Origin: Eledone cirrhosa | Lineage: Eukaryota | Assembly (NCBI GenBank): GCA_964016885.1 | Contig: OZ024743.1 | Coordinates: 175,646,001 to 175,710,000, forward strand | Length of the DNA stretch: 64,000 bases | Reading direction: 5' to 3' | Shown here: positions 58,596 to 64,000 of the stretch, one piece after another | Layout of the letters: each line of letters starts with the position of its first letter | Numbering within the stretch: position 1 is the first letter of the stretch | Position numbers and translations under genes: made by a program | The notes under the pieces: model-generated | The model's database searches: none | Told to the model about the DNA's origin: nothing | What the model saw: the letters and a program-made list of their open reading frames with translations, nothing else

Positions 58596-59823
58596 GTAAT
58601 AATAATAAATTTGAAGACTAAAATCCAAAGAGGGCTCGATAAGGATAAATATATATCAAATATATAAGAACCGTAGAGTAAATATTTATTAAAATAACAG
58701 ATTAAAGTTTAAGCAAAGAATCGCTGCTTTCACCCTTAACGGGATCTTCTGAAACTAACAAAGTCAATCTGTAAACGCAGTACTGGATATTTCAAAAAAC
58801 GTTGCAACCGGAGGAAGACAGGAAGACGATACTTTGGTTCGTGGAAACATTCGCTGGCTAAGAACGGGAAAAAACGAATATAATACGTCATTAATAGGAG
58901 CGGTGAAAAACAATTACGCGCAAAGACAGAACCACGTTTATGGTATAATAGAGGTCGTAGACTAATGTTCTCTTAGGTGGTGCATAGAGCCGTTCTCTAG
59001 CGATGAACGAAAAAAACGAAGATAATACGTCATATGTGGAGCGTGGAGAACAATAGCACGCAAAGACAAAACCACGTAAATGGTATAGCAGAAGTCGTAG
59101 ACTAAATTCTAACTAGGAGACCGAATGAATCTCCGCTACGGAGTTAAGAACAAAGTAAATAAATACAATAAAGAAGTAATAGAAATAAATAAATACATAC
59201 ACGCAAACAGAAACGTACATACACAAGCATACGCAAAACCTTACCATAGGTAAACAAAACCACGCACATATAAATATGTGTGTGTGTGTAAGCGTGTATA
59301 CAAATAAATAAATAATTATATAAACGTATATAAATAAATAAATACGTATATAACAAGCGCACACACATACCTACATGTAAATACACGAATGTTCGGAGAC
59401 GTAAGTCAACTAAAACAAGAAGTACACATATACACACACCCACCATAATTCGAACCTGCATACTCACGCAGACGCAAAACTCCCGTATACACATAGCCAA
59501 ACCCTAAATACCAGAATATGTAAAAATTATACGCCATAACAGTCAAATATACGTACGAGAAGGTATACATACCTTCACAAAACATACGGGTAATATATAC
59601 TTACCTATGCAAATAAGTAAAGGTATAAAGAAAACATATACTTAGCTCCCACATCGAGACGTAAAATATCCACGTATAGATCGTGCTATCCGTTAGGGTA
59701 TAACGTGGGGCTGTAATACAGGAAAGTTTTGTGCAATTTATGTTTACAAGCCGAAATTGCCTCAGATTTTTTGTTTAAGATGTTGTCTGTGGCGTATTGC
59801 TTAAACTTTAATCTGTTATTTTA

Positions 59824-59830
<7 letters not shown>
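58596..59830 (-). mobile_element. Family C non-coding element with HHR-like motif at 58706-58756 and a short inverted arm at 59796-59830
   Basis: Minus strand: AGTTT-CAGAAGA-TCCCgttaAGGGT-GAAA-GCA..TGC-TT|AAACT; internal duplication of about 140 bp. Confidence 0.7.
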
Positions 59831-59881
<51 letters not shown>

Positions 59882-59994
59882 TTATGTGTGTGTCTTGTAA
59901 TGAGATGTATCTCGTTACAATACCTATATTCTACTTGTTTAAGTATCAAGTTCTAAGCTGAAGATTGGTCTTACTAGTCTAAACTGGTAGCTCC

Positions 59995-60056
<62 letters not shown>

Positions 60057-60128
60057 AACCAGATGGACCATAACGCACCAGAGTACTCAATATTTAGGGT
60101 GTAGAGTGGGTAATAGGAGAAAGTGAGA

Positions 60129-60225
60129 CCCCGACGGCAGAGCTTAAGCCGTTTCGACGGCTATTTCTGGACTAAAGTAAGAGTTTTTTTAGTCTGGTAA
60201 ATAAATAGACGAACTTTTCAAGGGG
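60129..60225 (-). ncRNA. Hammerhead motif, family B, U3-A8 core
   Basis: CCCC-TTGAAAA-G..long stem II..C-GAAA-CGGC ttaagctct GCCG-TC|GGGG. Confidence 0.6.
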
Positions 60226-61110
60226 TACTTCCTTATATGGGAAGATTGTAGTTGTTGAGAGGATTGGTCAAAATTTGTAGCAGACACAGGCAAGTCTATC
60301 ATGGCAGTGGGTACGGGGTGGGGGTGGCGGAACTTGCCTGTAGAACAATAGGGGAGGGGGTAGAGCCGGTCAAACGTTGAAGGTGAAATGAACACGGCAA
60401 ATTCTAAGGAATGTGTATGAAAGTAGGCCAGATGAGGTAGGCGAAAAAAGGTTTCTTTAGAAAAAGGAGGAGGGACGTTAATGAATTGGTAAATCAAATG
60501 CGATTAGGGGACAAGGAAAAAATATAATAAAAAATAATAATAAAAAATATAATAAAAAAGAATATAATTAAAAAATGAGAGAAAGATATATCAGAATGTA
60601 AGATTGGAAAGTGAGAAGTGAAATAAAACAAAAACTAAGGAGTCTAACAGCTGCTATATTTAGTTGGTTCTGCTATGTCGGCCAATGCTATAGAATGAGT
60701 TGCTAGGTGAGAAATATTGAAAATTTAGAATTGGGTATTAAAAATTAATACCGCATCTCTGGGGTCTAACACAGCTGCTATGAATAGTTAGCATAGCGTA
60801 ATCGGCCAATGTTATCTATAAGTTAGTAGGGTGGGGGTACTGAGGCTAAAGATGCCCGATGGGCTGACTCGTGGTAGGCGAAAGGGGAAAAAAACAAAGA
60901 AACGAACGAGGAAGAAGATCGGTGGTGGAAAGAAACGATAGGAGGAGACAAAGGGAAGAAGAAAACATAGAGCAAAAGAAAAGAGGTACATCTACCTATA
61001 TAAGTTGGGGTTTTCCCTATCTTATTCGGCAAGTTTGTTTCAGCCCTTGTCTACCCACCCGGATCATTAGAGGGTTTGAGGGTGAGGTAAGTCTTCCGCA
61101 ATTTGTGTTT

Positions 61111-61734
61111 TCATGCAATTACCAGTTCGTCTTTTTTGTTTAGGCGTTGATGCTTCGTAAACAGCATTTGTAATGTTTCCTCCGAGCATAAGTTACACGG
61201 ACGGCGTCCTCCCATGTAAGAGTTAGCTCTGGACAGTAAGCTCCAAGTAAGATGGTAAGTTATATTATTATCTTGGAGGTCCCAGATATGGCCCGAAAGT
61301 GTGGTGGCATGTCGCCGGACCGGGTTTCGGAACGTATGTCGGTGTTGGTAGAGCCGGGTCTTAAAGTCACAAGCGGTTAATCCTATATAAGCTTTGTTGG
61401 AGGTGTCCGTCCTCACGTTGCACTGGTAGATCAGGTTACGTTCTCGGCATCTGTTGTTGAAGGGGCACATATATCTATAAGGGCAGTTACAGCTCCTGGT
61501 CGGCTCTCCACTAATTTCTAGGTTGTTTCGTCCATAGGGGTTGAGTTTTTTGTTGTTTGAGGAGACGATGTTTTGGGCGAAGTTAGGTGTGGTGCTGTTG
61601 GATAGCTTGATAGTGCTTTTGTTGATTATGTTGTGGTAGCGGTGTTGTGGTGGAAAGTGTTTTTCGAGGAGCTTAAAGAAGATTTTCCCGATAGGTGTTG
61701 CCACCTCGGCATTGTGGGGAGGATTGAACCACGT
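61111..61734 (-). CDS. PLE linker plus GIY-YIG endonuclease, open frame (element probably decayed)
   Basis: TWFNPPH..FFKLLEKHFPPQHRYH..CNCPYRYMCP..NLIYQC..AYIGLT..FKTRLYQH..CNLCSEE..LNKKDEL. Confidence 0.8.
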   Translation of the reverse strand, partial: TWFNPPHNAEVATPIGKIFFKLLEKHFPPQHRYHNIINKSTIKLSNSTTPNFAQNIVSSNNKKLNPYGRNNLEISGEPTRSCNCPYRYMCPFNNRCRERNLIYQCNVRTDTSNKAYIGLTACDFKTRLYQHRHTFRNPVRRHATTLSGHIWDLQDNNITYHLTWSLLSRANSYMGGRRPCNLCSEETLQMLFTKHQRLNKKDELVIA

Positions 61735-63644
61735 TTAGTGGCGTGAGCGGCGGCGTCGCCTGCTGGTTCCGCTAAGGGAAGCTGGATAAAAAAATATATT
61801 TTGTTTTAGTGTCGTGTACGTTTTCTGTGTGATGCGAGTGATTTGTATGTGTGGAGGTGGTGTGAACTTTTGGGGAGTTGTGTAGTCTTTTTCTGTGATG
61901 CTGGTGTTGTTTCTTGGATGTAGTGTAATAATTGGTTGTTGTTCAAATTTAATGCTGTGTAGTGTCGTTTTGGTTGCTTTGTTTTGTTTGCGTTTGCTGT
62001 GGGTTTGTTTCTGTTTCGCTTTTTGGTGATTTTTGTGGTGTTGGTGATGTGGTTGTGGGGTTAATGATGGTGATGATATTGGTGTTTGTGGTGATGGGGC
62101 TGGTGATGCTGGTGTGGATGGTGGCATAGCTGTCTTAACTTTTTTGTTTGTTTGCTTATTTGTTTCCCCCTGCATTTTTTTTTGGAGGGCGAAGGAAGAG
62201 GATTTTTTTCTTTTTTGGGTTCTTTTTTCCTTTTTCTTTTTTCCTGATACAATTTCCCACTCCTCCTCATCGTCACAATCTGTCTCCAGTTAGGATAGGA
62301 CCGGGAGTGGAAAATCCACCACAGGCGTTGGTTTTGGGTGTGGCGTGGTGGATGGTGGAGGCACTAGTGCTAATTCTGGCGCGGTGGGTGGTGGTGGTGT
62401 TGGTTTTGCTACTGTTGCTGGGGTTGTTGCTGCTACAGTTGCTTTTGTTGTTGCTGCCATTTCTGCTGCTGATGGTTTTGATGGTTGAGTCACTGGTTAT
62501 TTTCGTGTTGGCCTCGATGCCGGCGAGGACGGCAACCATTAGCCAGGGAATTTCGATGGCCGGCGGAACGTGGGTCACCCTGATCTTCACAAGTCTCTGA
62601 CAACAATAGCTTGGGACGAGTGTGAACTCGTCACTTCTTAATGGGGCCATGGAGTGCTCTCTGGCTTCCTGTGGGGTTCCAAAAAACACGTCCACGGTTC
62701 CATATTTCTGCCCACGTCTGATGTGGGTTTTTTTCGCCCACACATGCCACAAAGTTTTGTGTATCTGGGACTCGGATGCCGTTCCACTCAGCGTGATTTT
62801 GTGTTTATCGTCCGATATGACACGGTGCATAGGTGCCGATGGTCCATTTTATTAGTTGGGGGGGGGGGGCTGACCCTGTACCCACCTTTTTACCATTCGC
62901 TTGGCTTCATTTAATTCATCCTGGCTTACCTCGATTGTTTCGCTTTTCTTGGCTGCTTGGGCAAACGACACATTTTGTTTTGCGCTGGTGTTGATGTTGT
63001 TGTTATTCTCATTGTTCTTGTTGCTGGTGTTGTTATTGTTATTTTTATTTTTAGTTTCAGTTGTGGTGTCAGTGGTGTTCGGTGTGGCAGATTCGATTCT
63101 GGGTGAATACATTCCGATGTAACGAGATAATAATTCTTTTCTGTTGTCGCTGTGGTGGTGGTGGTGGTGGTGGTGATAGTGGTGCTGATGGTGGTGGTAT
63201 CAGTGGTGTTGGTTTTTCTTTTTGACATTGTGGCGGTGGGGGTGGCGGCTTTAACACCTGCAGTTATTGGTAATGGCGGAAAATGAATGTCTGCATGTGA
63301 CAAATTTAAATTATTGTCACTGCTTATATTTTTAGTGTTGGCAACCGTAGTAATGTTTACAATGGTGTTGGTAGTGGGAGGTGTTGGTCTGTTAGGAAGG
63401 CTGTCAGCTTTGTGTGGCTGAAAGCCGTCCATGATTTTAACAAAGAAAGTTTTTGTTTGATAATTATAAAAGTTTAAATCTGGGGCTCAAGGCCCCAATA
63501 TTATTGAATGTCCTTTTCAGAAAGCAATATATGTGAACTTATAAACACTTAACAACAAAAATTTCCATAACTGGCAATTTGAAACAACTGAAATCAACAA
63601 ATCTTTGCGGACTTCACGATAATAAGATTTCCTACGTAGGTCGC

Positions 63645-63645
63645 C

Positions 63646-63694
<49 letters not shown>
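63645..63694. repeat. (AAT)n
   Basis: Direct reading. Confidence 0.95.
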
Positions 63695-63696
<2 letters not shown>

Positions 63697-64000
63697 GTAG
63701 GTTAAACAAACTAAACTTAGAAAATTGAAAAAAAGTACAGTATAAAATCAACAAGTGACATAGACATGCTGATAGAAATAATCAAGCAAAAAGTGTCGGC
63801 CAAAGCTGCTCGTATAAGGCGCTTTGAAAAACGATCTAGATTCTATAAGGACAATAATATGTTCAAAAACAACCAAAGAAACTTCTACAGAAAAATTGGT
63901 AAGTCAACAATAACTGCTAAATCAATACCACCCAAGGAGGAAGTGCAAGAATTCTGGGAAAAGATCTGGGCCGAAGAAAAAGTTCATAACATACATGCCC
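63695..64000 (+). mobile_element. R4/Dong-like non-LTR retrotransposon, 5'-truncated, running off the window
   Basis: From 63721: IEIIKQKVSAKAARIRRFEKRSRFYKDNNMFKNNQRNFYR..PPKEEVQEFWEKIW; adjoins (TAA)n, the known Dong target. Confidence 0.7.

Larger units (their letters stand above)
60053..63440 (-). mobile_element. PLE-like element with GIY-YIG endonuclease and a LINE-ORF1-like region but no RT
   Basis: Endonuclease at 61111-61734, family B terminus with HHR, (TA)n at the 3' end; see findings. Confidence 0.65.

Noticed and set aside
59952-59997. CTGAAGA..TAAAC HHR-like remnant
   Set aside because: G12 is missing and stem I runs into (TA)n

Overview
Very AT-rich, microsatellite-saturated animal DNA with no recognisable host exon. 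The SINE/LINE repertoire suggests a coleoid cephalopod such as Octopus (inference). The window is almost entirely transposon-derived. It holds one near-complete Penelope-like element (PLE; RT plus GIY-YIG, 47255-52692), several truncated PLEs, two CR1-group LINEs, three R4/Dong-like fragments, an internally deleted Helitron and about 20 copies of a tRNA-derived SINE. The ORF track misses the main signal: about 27 type-I hammerhead-ribozyme (HHR) motifs, identified by eye, from at least 10 sequence families. Most lie in short asymmetric palindromes inserted in (TA)n tracts. Several carry family-conserved non-canonical cores, their inversion junctions tend to fall inside the ribozyme, and they share a 3' hairpin. 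A second candidate novelty is an apparently RT-less PLE-like element (60053-63440, minus). It joins a LINE-ORF1-like domain to a PLE GIY-YIG endonuclease and an HHR-bearing end. All alignments and folds were done manually, so boundaries are approximate.
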